Shown: positions 23,150-32,890 of the stretch, piece after piece
How positions within the stretch are numbered: position 1 is the stretch's first letter
Layout of the letters: each line of letters starts with the position of its first letter
Source of the DNA: an uncultured Verrucomicrobiae bacterium
GTDB lineage: Bacteria > Verrucomicrobiota > Verrucomicrobiia > Chthoniobacterales > JAFAMB01
Length of the DNA stretch: 64,000 bases
Direction of reading: 5' to 3'
Assembly: GCA_963813025.1 (NCBI GenBank)
Contig: CAWEXO010000005.1
Coordinates: forward strand, 283,840-347,839
Translations under genes and position numbers: made by a program
Notes under the pieces: model-generated
The model's input: the letters and a program-made list of their open reading frames with translations, nothing else
What the model was told of the DNA's origin: nothing
Database searches by the model: none

Positions 23150-23402
23150 CGGTAGGGCGATCCGCCGTGGCGGACCAGCGCCAGGCGAGAACTTGTTTGA
23201 GCCCTCTGGCGCAGCATATCCCGCGTTCCGGCTCGAACGAGTCTTCGCCGAAGGCTCAGATAAAGAGGCTGTCTCGCAACATCACGCTAGTCCACGACTG
23301 GTAGGGCGAAAATTTATCCGAGCTTTAGCGAGGACTCGTTTGAGCCGTCTTGGACGGTGGCAACTCCCGGCGTCCGGCTCAAACAAGTTTTCGCCCTACC
23401 GA
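23150..23402. repeat. REP/REPIN-like cluster
   Basis: GGTAGGGCGA...TTTTCGCCCTACC and GGCTCAAACAAGTT shared with 14820-14905. Confidence 0.65.
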
Positions 23403-23425
23403 TCTAGGGCGTTGCGAGACAATCC

Positions 23426-23899
23426 CTAAATTCGCTTCTCAAAACAGGCGCTTACCGGGTTGTCGACGTATTCACCGTATTTTGGGATCCGATAGAAGCC
23501 GGAGCTGCCAAAAAGTGCCATTGCCTCCGGCTGCCGAATACCGGTCTCCAACCGGATGCTGTCGTAGTCGTATTCACGAGCAAGCGCTTCCAGCTTTTCC
23601 AGAATTTTGGTTGCCACCCCCCGGCCGCGGGCCTCCGGTCGGACGAAGAGCCTTTTGACTTCGGCCGCATGCTCATCGAAAGCTCGCAGAGCGCCACAAC
23701 CAACCGCCCGCGCCTCCGACCGCGCGACAACAAATGCCGATCTGGGCCGCTGCACTTCTTCCGGGCGAAAATTGGCGTACCCGTCGTTACTAAAATCTGT
23801 ATACCGACGCTTTAGATCGTCGGCAAACTCCGCGAAAAGCTCTTGAGCGTCTGGGGACGTCGGACTCTCGACCTTAATTTCGATGACAGTTTCGATCAT
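23426..23899 (-). CDS. GNAT-family acetyltransferase
   Basis: GCGAL, EVKRLFV...RGRGVA, LETG..QPEA. Confidence 0.9.
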   Translation of the reverse strand: MIETVIEIKVESPTSPDAQELFAEFADDLKRRYTDFSNDGYANFRPEEVQRPRSAFVVARSEARAVGCGALRAFDEHAAEVKRLFVRPEARGRGVATKILEKLEALAREYDYDSIRLETGIRQPEAMALFGSSGFYRIPKYGEYVDNPVSACFEKRI

Positions 23900-23989
23900 A
23901 AGAAATCAGCATTTAACAAACACCATGCTCGGTTCGCGATGCAAACTCGTCAAGAATTGCTAGCGAGGCCGCGCCTCAGACCGACCGGA

Positions 23990-24925
23990 TCAGCCATGGT
24001 GATTAGCCGTTGTTTGGGCTAAATCGGTCAGCAACAAGCGGAGTTCCGCCGGCTCAACAACCGTTAAGCGATTTCCATAGGAGAGGAACCAGCCAAGATA
24101 CCATTCCCAGTTTCCGCCTTCGATCTCGAAGAGGATAGTTTGCTGCTGGCGTTCTTCCTTCCTTATCTTGAAAGGCGCTTCTTTCCGAAAACGCTCCGCG
24201 GTGACGGCGTCCACGCGAATCGTCCCGGTGAGGCGGATGCGGGGATCGTCCCACCGTTCCAGGAAAGCTGTGAGTGAAAAATCGTCATGCGGTGCGAACT
24301 GTTCGGCGAGAGGAGCAATCGCGCGGATGCGGTCGGTTCGGAAATCGCGGTAATCCCTCCGGGAGCGACACCACGCGATCAGGTGCCACCGGTCCCCGTA
24401 ATAAGTGAGACCCAAGGGCTCGATCTCCCGCGATGCCGCCTCCGCCGCGCCGGAACCTCGGTAAGCGATGCGCAGAACAGTCCGGTTAGCTAAAGCGCTT
24501 TGGATAAAGAACAGGTTCCCCGGTTGATTCTCCGGCGGCGCATTCGGCAACGACATTCTGCTCTGCAGACGCGCAATGTGGTCCTGGTGATCCGGCGAAA
24601 GAACGGCTCGAATTTTATCCAACGCGGAAGCCATGGGAGGAGCCAGCGAGCGGTCGCCAAAGCGATCCAGCAACAGGCCCGCAGTGATCAAGGCACTCGC
24701 TTCGGCATTGGTAAAATGCACAGGTGGAAGATGGTAACCTTTTAGAATACTGTAACCGACACCGGCTTCGCCGAGGATCGGCACCCCGGCTTCGCCGAGA
24801 GCGGCGACATCGCGATAGACGGTGCGAACGCTAATAGCAAATTCATCGGCGATCTCCTCCGCTCGAGTCACCCTGCGACCTTGCAGGTAGATCAGGATAG
24901 CGACGAGTCGATCGATCCGGTTCAT
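23990..24925 (-). CDS. YafY-family HTH-WYL transcriptional regulator
   Basis: MNRIDRL, SVRTVYRD, EP.GL, WHLIAWC, RDFRTDRI. Confidence 0.92.
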   Translation of the reverse strand: MNRIDRLVAILIYLQGRRVTRAEEIADEFAISVRTVYRDVAALGEAGVPILGEAGVGYSILKGYHLPPVHFTNAEASALITAGLLLDRFGDRSLAPPMASALDKIRAVLSPDHQDHIARLQSRMSLPNAPPENQPGNLFFIQSALANRTVLRIAYRGSGAAEAASREIEPLGLTYYGDRWHLIAWCRSRRDYRDFRTDRIRAIAPLAEQFAPHDDFSLTAFLERWDDPRIRLTGTIRVDAVTAERFRKEAPFKIRKEERQQQTILFEIEGGNWEWYLGWFLSYGNRLTVVEPAELRLLLTDLAQTTANHHG

Positions 24926-25419
24926 TGGCTATAGCTCACGCACGCCGGCTGGTCGGAGGACCGGCCGTTCATCGGTGAATTATAGATGAAATTGCTGCCG
25001 ATGGACAACCCTCGTTCGACGACGCCGGAGCGCTCGTTCGCTGCGGATCGTCTCACGTGATTACGGTAATCAGGTAAGCTGAAAACCAGCAGAAGCAACG
25101 ACCCCAGGACCGCGGCCGAGATCAGCAGATTGACGGAGTCTTCCAGAAAATCAGTTTGGCGCGCCGACTTCCTGCGTTCAGCATCCGCGCTGCGGCATTC
25201 CCGCACCAGATCGCTGGGCCGGACAGGTTCGTGAATTTCCGCGAACCAATGACCGCGCAGTGCGGAGAAACCAAGGAGGCAAGGAGACGGAGCGGCCGCC
25301 GGTTCTTGCTCCAACTCGGCGCTGAATAAACTTTCAGATCTGCAGTGATGGTTCATGTTGATTTCCTCTCTTTCGACGTTTGAGAAACAGCTGATTGGAC
25401 GGCATTCGGATCGGTTCAT
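24922..25419 (-). CDS. Hypothetical membrane protein, coupled to the WYL gene
   Basis: ORF with one TM segment; ATGA overlap with the WYL gene; start uncertain. Confidence 0.4.
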   Translation of the reverse strand: MNRSECRPISCFSNVEREEINMNHHCRSESLFSAELEQEPAAAPSPCLLGFSALRGHWFAEIHEPVRPSDLVRECRSADAERRKSARQTDFLEDSVNLLISAAVLGSLLLLVFSLPDYRNHVRRSAANERSGVVERGLSIGSNFIYNSPMNGRSSDQPACVSYSQ

Positions 25420-25442
25420 GGGCCGAGAGTAAACGAAGGGGT

Positions 25443-25458
25443 TGACAGCCCTATGTCA
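25443..25458. promoter_or_regulatory. Palindromic operator TGACA-N6-TGTCA
   Basis: TGACAGCCCTATGTCA immediately upstream of the operon that contains the WYL regulator. Confidence 0.55.
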
Positions 25459-25565
25459 GGAGAGTTGCGGACGGCTTGTCGCCGCCGCGAGCAAGGTGCA
25501 AGGAGCTAGAATATAGGATCTAGAATACAGGACTGGGTCATATGGGCAATTTGCTGCCCCCGGTC

Positions 25566-25876
25566 CTAGTGCGCCGTCTCATACATAACGATGACGTCCC
25601 GCAGGTCAGTTGGCTTTTTTTCAAGGCGGTCCGAGCCGGACTGGCAGTAGAAGCGTCCATATCTGGATTCATACGGATCGAGCGAGCAACGCCGAAAACA
25701 GCCAACTGGCCGCGGCCCAAAGGGTTGCGTTGAAAACGGGCCGGCGGCGGCGTTGCTCCTCGGTCACGTATCGCTTCAGATATGCTTCCTCCTACTGCCA
25801 GTCCGGCTCGGACCGCCTTGCCGGCGGCCCATTTGAACGCAACGACATCATCGGTATATATGAGACGGTGCACTAG
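25566..25876. mobile_element. Non-autonomous fold-back element (MITE/REPIN-like)
   Basis: ~33-bp imperfect terminal inverted repeats starting with CTAG, plus a second long internal inverted pair. Confidence 0.65.
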
Positions 25877-25910
25877 CTCCTGGATTCTAAATCCTGGATC
25901 CTAGCTCCGC

Positions 25911-26288
25911 TTACCTCAGTGCTTCCCTGATAAGCAGCTCGACCGGCTTGAACGGCACCTTGTCCAACTGGTGACGCTCGGCAAGGTACTCCGGCGCGTT
26001 GTAGGTCAGCCAGACCTGGCCGTCAACCGACTCCCAGGCAAGAGCTTTGAGCGGCAGATCGAGCGCCAGCGAAGGAAACGCGTTCATCAAAGGCGTTCCC
26101 GCTTTTGGGTCGCCGAAAATCAGCAGCTCGGTTGGCCGCATTTCCAAACCAGCGTTGACAGCTTCGGCCCGCTGGTCGATCCGGGCGAAGATGCGCGCTC
26201 CTTTCGACTCCAGCAGGATCTCCAGCCGATCGATCGTTTCCTTGACCGGGTATGGACTAGGAAGATCAATAACACCTTTAGCGGCCAT
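25911..26288 (-). CDS. DUF302-domain protein
   Basis: FARIDQ..A...GL.MRPT.LLIFG.PKAGTPLM...LDLPLK. Confidence 0.9.
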   Translation of the reverse strand: MAAKGVIDLPSPYPVKETIDRLEILLESKGARIFARIDQRAEAVNAGLEMRPTELLIFGDPKAGTPLMNAFPSLALDLPLKALAWESVDGQVWLTYNAPEYLAERHQLDKVPFKPVELLIREALR

Positions 26289-26380
26289 GGTAAAAGACGG
26301 GATCGTAACGTCTCCTTCGGCAGCAAGGCAATCATTGAGTTTGAGCCGCGCGCCAAATTGCCGACAATTTGTACTCAGGC

Positions 26381-27394
26381 ATGTCCGCAGAACCAGAGAC
26401 GATGGCCGCGATGGTGCTGCATCACCCGCGCGCTCCCCTCCAGCTGGAGAGAGTAGTGATTCCACGCCCTGGTCCCGGGCAGGCGCTCGTCCGCGTGGAA
26501 GCTTGTGGGGTCTGCCGCACCGACTTGCACATCGTCGACGGTGAACTGGATAAACCAAAACTGCCGTTGATCCTCGGGCATGAAATCGTGGGCACGGTCG
26601 TCAAAGGCAGCAGATTTGTCCCCGGTCAGCGAGTCGGTATCCCGTGGGTTGGTTCTACCTGCGGCCACTGCCGGTACTGCCGTCGGGGACAGGAAAATCT
26701 TTGCGAACGCGCCGAGTTTACCGGTTACACCCGGGACGGCGGGTATGCTGAATTCACGGTCGCCGATGAGCGATTTACGTTTCCGCTTCCGGCGGAATAC
26801 GCCGTACCGGCGGTGGCCGCTCCCCTGCTTTGCGCGGGCTTGATCGGCTACCGATCGCTCACCCTCGCCGGGCCCGCTGAACGCGTCAAACGATTGGGCC
26901 TCTATGGGTTTGGCGCTGCCGCTCACCTGGTTTTGCCGGTCGCTCGTTATCGGGGTCAGGAAATCTATACTTTTTCGCGGCCCGGTCGCACCGCCAATCA
27001 GGATTTCGCTCGACAATTGGGAGCGGTTTGGGCCGGGAGTTCAGACCAGATGCCGCCCGAACCCCTCGACGCGGCGATCATTTTCGCTCCAACAGGTTCC
27101 TTGATTCCTCTGGCGCTGCGGGCGGTGGACAAGGGCGGCATCGTTGTCTGTGGAGGAATTCACATGAGTCCGATCCCGAGTTTTTCGTACGACTTGCTCT
27201 GGGAGGAACGCGTCCTGCGTTCGGTCGCCAATCTCACCCGCCAGGATGCAACAGAATTTCTGGAAGTGGCGAGGTCGGCTCGCCTGCAACCGGAAATCGA
27301 ACGGTTCCCTCTCGGCGAGGCCAACGAGGCGTTGGCTCATTTGCGGGCTGGCAAGGTGCGAGGCGCAGCAGTTCTCGTCGTGTCCGATGACTGA
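26381..27394 (+). CDS. Zinc-dependent alcohol dehydrogenase
   Basis: CGVCRTD, GHEIVG, CGHCRYC..G.ENLC, GLYGFG. Confidence 0.93.
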   Translation: MSAEPETMAAMVLHHPRAPLQLERVVIPRPGPGQALVRVEACGVCRTDLHIVDGELDKPKLPLILGHEIVGTVVKGSRFVPGQRVGIPWVGSTCGHCRYCRRGQENLCERAEFTGYTRDGGYAEFTVADERFTFPLPAEYAVPAVAAPLLCAGLIGYRSLTLAGPAERVKRLGLYGFGAAAHLVLPVARYRGQEIYTFSRPGRTANQDFARQLGAVWAGSSDQMPPEPLDAAIIFAPTGSLIPLALRAVDKGGIVVCGGIHMSPIPSFSYDLLWEERVLRSVANLTRQDATEFLEVARSARLQPEIERFPLGEANEALAHLRAGKVRGAAVLVVSDD

Positions 27395-27616
27395 AGGAGG
27401 CGCCTCAGTCGATCGCCGCGACGAGCCCGCTCAGCTCATCAGGGCGTCGGCGCCGAGAATGGCTTGCAACATGACTCCGGTCCGGTTTCGGTAGTGATGA
27501 GCTCCTGGATGAGCTCCCGACTACGGACAAGCCTTCGTCGCGGCCCGGATGTGGAAGGGCCTCAAATCAAACGCTTCAGCGGAGGGCGCGCCGTAACATT
27601 GCGGAGGTGGCCGGCT

Positions 27617-27900
27617 CGGTAGGGATGAGCTCCTGCTCGTCCGGATCGAAGAAGTGATCCAACACCGAGGAGGTCAAGCGGGAGCTTGCCCCTACCGACC
27701 TTGGGTGTTGGGCGACAGCCTCTTTATTCGAGCCGTTTTCGGAGTGGCGTGAAGGACGAGGAGCGACGGACTGCAACAGTTGCGGTAGGGATGAGCTCCG
27801 CTCGTCCAGATCGAAGAAGTGATCCAACACTAAGGAGGTCAAGCGCCAGATTGCCCCTACCGACCTTGGGTGTTGGGCGACAATCTCTTTCTATTCGAGC
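27617..27900. repeat. Two tandem ~118-bp REPIN units
   Basis: CGGTAGGGATGAGCTCC...GAGGTCAAGCG...GCCCCTACCGACCTTGGGTGTTGGGCGACA at 27617 and 27783. Confidence 0.85.
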
Positions 27901-28107
27901 CTCGAGCGAGAACTTGTTTGATGCGCCATGGCTTTAGCAATGTCTCGCGTCCGTGTTGAACCCGCCTTGTCGGGATCCCTTTGAACCGATATTACAACTT
28001 TTAATTGACATGTTATATCATGACTGGTTTATATCGCTACATGATTATTCAATGTTACCTATTTGCTTTGATTTTACTCATCGCCATCCACCCTCAGCTT
28101 CGCCTCG

Positions 28108-29205
28108 ATGCTGTCCAACCACGGCCTGCTTATGCCCGCTAGTTCCGCGCCGCCGCGGCCCGAGATGGTTGCCGCGGTCGCGGCCGCCCTCAATGACCTG
28201 GAAAAAATTGCGCCTGATCCCTCGGTAGTGGGCGCCTGCCCGGAACTGCCCGGGATTGTGCTTGACCGCGTCGTGGGCTCGGTCCGTTCTCATCAGGATC
28301 CTGCTTACCTCGATACGGTTCGGGATTATAACCTGATACGCGCCGAGTATTTGAAAGCGTTAGTGGCGCATCCGGTCGGCCGGTCGCTGGCGCTCCTCGC
28401 CGTTGGACCAGAAGGGGTTGCCCTCCTCGAGAGCGGCCGAATGCCGACCATGGTTTCCGACGTCGCGACTGCCCGCGGCCCTGCCCCCAGAACCCGTCGG
28501 GAACAGTACAACTGTCACCATATCATTCCCAAGAGCCTGAGTGTGCCCGGTGCCAATCAGGTCCTCAATACTCCCGGAAATTTTGCGATCACGAAAACGG
28601 CGCGACGCGGGCGTGACCAATCACAAAATCCCCACCACTGCTGGCACGCTCTGCTTCTCCATCCGCAGACCCAAAATGCCCCGGACCGACCGATCCCGAT
28701 TTATGTCGTGCGACCGCTTTTCCCGTTTTATCCGCCCCTGACTCAAGGCTACCGAACCAGCGAGGAGCTAAGAGCTAAACTGCAAGTTCTGGGAGCGCCG
28801 CCGTTGCCCGAGATCTGGGAAAAGCGTCTGCTCGAGTTTTCTCGTGCCGCCAAGCATAAACCTTATGAAGTGCCCAAAGAGTTTCAGGAAATCACCCGGC
28901 TCTTCGGCGATCTCTACCTGACGAGAAACAAGGATCCCATTGTCAACGAAGCCTGCCGAAACGCTTTGGCGGAGAAGGCGGCGAAACAGGCGGCTGATTG
29001 GCTGCCGGCCGGAGCCTGCGTGAACGGGCAGGAACTGCCGGCAAATCATTGCCCTAAAAGAAAACTTCCGATTATCGAGTCGCGAATTTCAGAAGAAACT
29101 GAGAAGGAGGTTTCCAATCAGATTGATCAGCAAAAGAAGCGCCGTCCCAAACGAATCCCGAAAGCCAGCGTTACCACCACTAACAAACCAAAACTATGCC
29201 CTTGA
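28108..29205 (+). CDS. Putative HNH-type nuclease toxin
   Basis: HHIIP...N...HHCWH motif; overlaps the downstream SUKH gene. Confidence 0.55.
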   Translation: MLSNHGLLMPASSAPPRPEMVAAVAAALNDLEKIAPDPSVVGACPELPGIVLDRVVGSVRSHQDPAYLDTVRDYNLIRAEYLKALVAHPVGRSLALLAVGPEGVALLESGRMPTMVSDVATARGPAPRTRREQYNCHHIIPKSLSVPGANQVLNTPGNFAITKTARRGRDQSQNPHHCWHALLLHPQTQNAPDRPIPIYVVRPLFPFYPPLTQGYRTSEELRAKLQVLGAPPLPEIWEKRLLEFSRAAKHKPYEVPKEFQEITRLFGDLYLTRNKDPIVNEACRNALAEKAAKQAADWLPAGACVNGQELPANHCPKRKLPIIESRISEETEKEVSNQIDQQKKRRPKRIPKASVTTTNKPKLCP

Positions 29206-29792
29206 ACAAAAAATATTTGAAAGAACTCAGTGAGCGCTTTGTGCGCGATCTCCGCAACTCGGAGTCGTACCGCAACTTGAGCGCCGAACAACGCCACGAA
29301 CTGGAAATCCGCCTCGACCGGGAAACGGTTCGGGGCGCCTATCCCCTGATTCCAGGAGCAACCGAGCACGACTTGGAAAAAGCCGCCGAGACGCTTCAAT
29401 CCCGGCTTGGCATTGGACTGCCGGGGTCTCTCCGCGAGGTCTTGCGAACCATTGATGGCTTTATCGAGAACGGCGTCGTGCTCTATGGTGTGGACCATGA
29501 AATTCGGGAGGACGGATTCGATTCCGGCCCCGGACTCATTGAAGAAACCGAGAACCTGTGGGCGAGCCTGCCCGAAACCGCCGGCCGCTACCTTTTCATT
29601 GGAGATTCTGATTTGTGGTGGTTCACCTGTGACTACGCCCTTGGGACATTCGTAGTTTTGAGCAAAGACTCTCTTCAACCAGTCTTCCAGTTCCAGGACG
29701 CTACCGAACTCGTAAACGATATGCTCCGCCAGACGCTCAACGACTTCGACGAGAAAGAACCAGAACCGGTGAAAAATTTCTCGCTTAACTGA
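29196..29792 (+). CDS. SMI1/KNR4 (SUKH) immunity-like protein
   Basis: PGATEHDL...LGIGLP.SLREVL..IDG...NGVVLYG...LFIGD. Confidence 0.75.
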   Translation: MPLNKKYLKELSERFVRDLRNSESYRNLSAEQRHELEIRLDRETVRGAYPLIPGATEHDLEKAAETLQSRLGIGLPGSLREVLRTIDGFIENGVVLYGVDHEIREDGFDSGPGLIEETENLWASLPETAGRYLFIGDSDLWWFTCDYALGTFVVLSKDSLQPVFQFQDATELVNDMLRQTLNDFDEKEPEPVKNFSLN

Positions 29793-29834
29793 GCAGCCTA
29801 CATCGATCGCAAATCCCTCAGGGATCTGCGAGCG

Positions 29835-30278
29835 ATGCATACTGAGACTTTTTTGGCAGTTTACGGAACTTTGCGACGCGCCTTTGTTGCGCAGCGTGGA
29901 TTTACGATTGCAAAACACCTGCGCTTTTGGGGGTACGGAGTCGCGCGGGGAAAGCTGGTTTGGCAGAATGGTTTTCCGGCGCTGATTGACTGCCCGGGGA
30001 ATGTAATAGTGGAAATTTTTCGGGTCGCAGACCCGTCCGTTTGGGCAGCGCTGGATTGCTATGAGGGGTTTTTCCCTGGGAACCACCGCCGCTCACTTTT
30101 CATTCGCCGGACCACGCGTCTTCTCCATCCTGAGATAGACGTCAGTCTCTACTTTCTCGGACACGCTGTGCCGCGCGGTTCCTCCATCGGGAGGGGGGCG
30201 CAACGTCCGGAAACTGTCGCGGCTCAAAATAAAGACTGTCTCGCGCCATCATTTTTGCTCTATCGCGCGGCCACGTGA
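29835..30278 (+). CDS. Gamma-glutamylcyclotransferase (AIG2-like)
   Basis: VYGTLRR, FPAL, LD.YEG. Confidence 0.85.
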   Translation: MHTETFLAVYGTLRRAFVAQRGFTIAKHLRFWGYGVARGKLVWQNGFPALIDCPGNVIVEIFRVADPSVWAALDCYEGFFPGNHRRSLFIRRTTRLLHPEIDVSLYFLGHAVPRGSSIGRGAQRPETVAAQNKDCLAPSFLLYRAAT

Positions 30279-30345
30279 GCAAAGCGCGACAGCTTCGAGT
30301 CTGGAAGACGTTCTATTGGTCTTCAAGGGAGAGGTAAAGGTGAAT

Positions 30346-30382
30346 CTGCGTCCGGCGGGGATCGAACCCACAACCTCTGGCT
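30346..30382 (-). mobile_element. att site: displaced tRNA 3' fragment, distal end of the island array
   Basis: Reverse complement AGCCAGAGGTTGTGGGTTCGATCCCCGCCGGACGCAG = variable loop, T-arm and acceptor 3' strand; aligns with 47015-47051. Confidence 0.85.
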
Positions 30383-30457
30383 ATGAATTACGACCTTTGT
30401 CTGTTGAATGATGTTGAATCCTGCTAGGGACGGTGGGATTCGGTTGAAGGTGGTTTG

Positions 30458-30706
30458 TTACGCCATGTCACGGTATTCTGCCGCCAAGAAAGCTTGATTT
30501 TTTATACTGTCCAGTAGTTGCGGGCCTCGCACTTTCTGATAATCTTCCCACGGTGGATCAACGACAATAACGTCAAATACGCCCGATGTATCTTGCGGTG
30601 ATCTGGACAGCTGATCAGGGATCGACCGCCATACCCGCCTGCTTTTTTCGCCGGCGTTTTTCACAAGATATTTGCCGTTTTCGTCCGTATTGGTACTTAT
30701 ATGCAA
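30458..30706 (-). pseudogene. Fragment with an MT-A70-like adenine methyltransferase motif
   Basis: FDVIVVDPPW; far too short for a full enzyme. Confidence 0.45.
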
Positions 30707-31329
30707 GCGCTATGCATTGACATGCTCGGCGTATGCGTCACGATAGAAATTGCCAGATGGAATTCCTTCGAAAAATCCACAGGGTTTCCGAGTCCATGCG
30801 AAAGGAGCGCTGCAATCAGCCGTCACGCACCTCCGCAGAGGCTTACGCCCAGATGGAACGTATGAAGGCGTCCCCGAAGGTGAAGTTTCGTCCCACCAAC
30901 AACGGGCCTCGAATACGCTAACGTCCGATTAGAAGCAGCTATTCCATTCCGTGCCCCTCCGAGAAACCCCAGTATTAAGCCGGTAGTTCTACCCCGGAGT
31001 TCTACTCGCGGGTCGGCCTTTAACCCCTTTACGACGATCGGGGCCACTACAACGCATTGCAGCAAAAGAAACCTCCACCTTTGGTCCTGCAGGCAGCTTT
31101 GGCGTAAGGGCATTTCTTACTCCCAAAGCACTAGTGGAGTAATACCAAGTGGTATTGAATGCTCATTGACTTCCAATAGGCGATGGACGGTAAATGTATT
31201 TGTCACTTCCAGCGACCTTTGACCAAAGGCGTTGTTCCTTTTGCCCCCAGCGACACTAATGTTACTGGGCGACGTGAGAAAATTCCGAAGCAGGTCGTTA
31301 AAGCGACGAGTCCTAAACCGGAGGAAACA

Positions 31330-31785
31330 ATGAAAGTTCGCTTACTTCTTACGCTGGCAGCACTTAGCTGTGCTGTACCTGCCCTAAGGGCAGAGGACAC
31401 CATGAAGGCCATAAGGGCTGATCAGATCGTTTGGCAAAATGACACTACGTTTAAAGGGCTACAATACGCCAACTTGCTCGGTGATCCCGCGAAAGCCGAA
31501 CTAATCGTTAGCGTCGTAAAGTTGCCGCCTAATTTTAAGATTCCGCTGCATACCCATCCTTGGTCGGAAGTCCTTACTATTCTGAGCGGATCTTTAGGGA
31601 ATGCCAGTACCGATACGGAGAAAGGGGAGATGTTACCGGCGGGATCGGTTTTAGTAATGCCTGCCAATCACGCTCATCGGATCTTCACAACCGACCAGGA
31701 GACGGTCTTCCAGTTTTTCTATACCGGGCCGTTCGAGATGAGCTTCGTTAATCCGGCGGACGATCCGCGTAAAAAAGCCCAATAA
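31330..31785 (+). CDS. Secreted cupin-domain protein
   Basis: Signal peptide; PLHTHP.SE.LTILSG; PANHAH. Confidence 0.85.
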   Translation: MKVRLLLTLAALSCAVPALRAEDTMKAIRADQIVWQNDTTFKGLQYANLLGDPAKAELIVSVVKLPPNFKIPLHTHPWSEVLTILSGSLGNASTDTEKGEMLPAGSVLVMPANHAHRIFTTDQETVFQFFYTGPFEMSFVNPADDPRKKAQ

Positions 31786-31954
31786 CCAAATACGCCTCCA
31801 GCGGTCGCGTCGCCCAGTCCAGCTTGAGACTTCGCCTACACCGACAGAAACACCACAGGTTTTGCCAAGTCCGGTTCGTCACTGGGGACGGTGAGAAAAT
31901 TCCGAAGTAGGCCATCCGCGACAAACGATCCTAAATCCGCCGCCGAGAGAAAAC

Positions 31955-32448
31955 ATGAAAGCCCGCTCAGTAGTTGCCCTTGTAGGATTAGCAATCAGCT
32001 TTGCTTTGCCGATCTTTAGCCAAGAGAAAGAAGGGGCAAATCCCTTTCTGTATCGCGCCATCCTCGCGACCCCCCAACTTGCCCAGCAACTCGACCCGAT
32101 CAATTCGCAGTGGGACGAGGCATTTAACAGGCACGATGCAGTCGCCGTCGCAGCGTTCTACACCGCAAAAGCGAATCTAGTGTCGCCGCTGGGAATATTT
32201 TCCGGTCGGGAGGCCATCGAAAAGCATTTCACAGACGTGTTTCAACGTATCCTTCCGATCAATTAGGAAAAATCAGTTATGTCTATGCCTTTGGTGACGA
32301 TTTATGCGCAATTGGAGGGTGGACCGTGACTGTTAACCAAGCGACGCGCCCGATCCAAGGCGGGGGCTATCTGATACGTGTGTATACCCGTGTGCGCGAT
32401 ACTTGGAAGATTCGTCTGCAAGTGGATAAGTATATGACAGGTCCGTAA
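31955..32448 (+). CDS. Secreted NTF2-like (DUF4440/SgcJ) protein, frameshift near 32260
   Basis: Signal peptide; WDEAFN.HDA.AVAAFYT; continuation GGWTVT...RVYTRVRDTWKIR. Confidence 0.7.
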
Positions 32449-32559
32449 CTCGATCGGATGACTCTGCAAATTTGCATCTTGATTCTCCGATGACTCAGCG
32501 AAGGAATATTCCTAACACTTTCATAAGAGGATATAGGACTATAAATACCAAAGGGCAGT

Positions 32560-32890
32560 ATTGTGCCATCCAGAACCAACAAGGTTCGACGATACGTTAT
32601 CAGTTTTGCCAGCCTTTCGCCCTTCTCCCACGCCGTTCCTAACTTTGGATCTGGATCACCAAACGAAGTGAGAGCAGCCTCAAGAAATTCATCCGCGGAT
32701 GAAGCCCCCGCCACTGGTTCCTTGTCTGTAGAAGGACCAACCAAAAACAAGCTCTGCAGAACGATAATGTTTTAGCGGCCATCCGGCGGAGCCAATGATT
32801 AACGAGTGTGGACTTCCTGACCCCGGCCCAGGCAACGATTGTAACGATGTTATACGTATGAAAGAATCTCTCCTCGGGCACGAAGAAGCG
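32560..32890 (-). pseudogene. Fragment of a STAND/NB-ARC-like P-loop ATPase
   Basis: IVAWAGV.KSTLVNHWL, VFGWSFYRQG and RTLLVLDG across three frames. Confidence 0.6.

Noticed and set aside
25538..25876. Protein-coding ORFs inside the fold-back element
   Set aside because: Similar peptides appear on both strands (KAVRAGLAV) purely because of the inverted repeats.
27617..27900. Possible CRISPR array
   Set aside because: Only two long (~118 bp) palindromic units, no repeat-spacer periodicity and no cas genes; fits REPINs.
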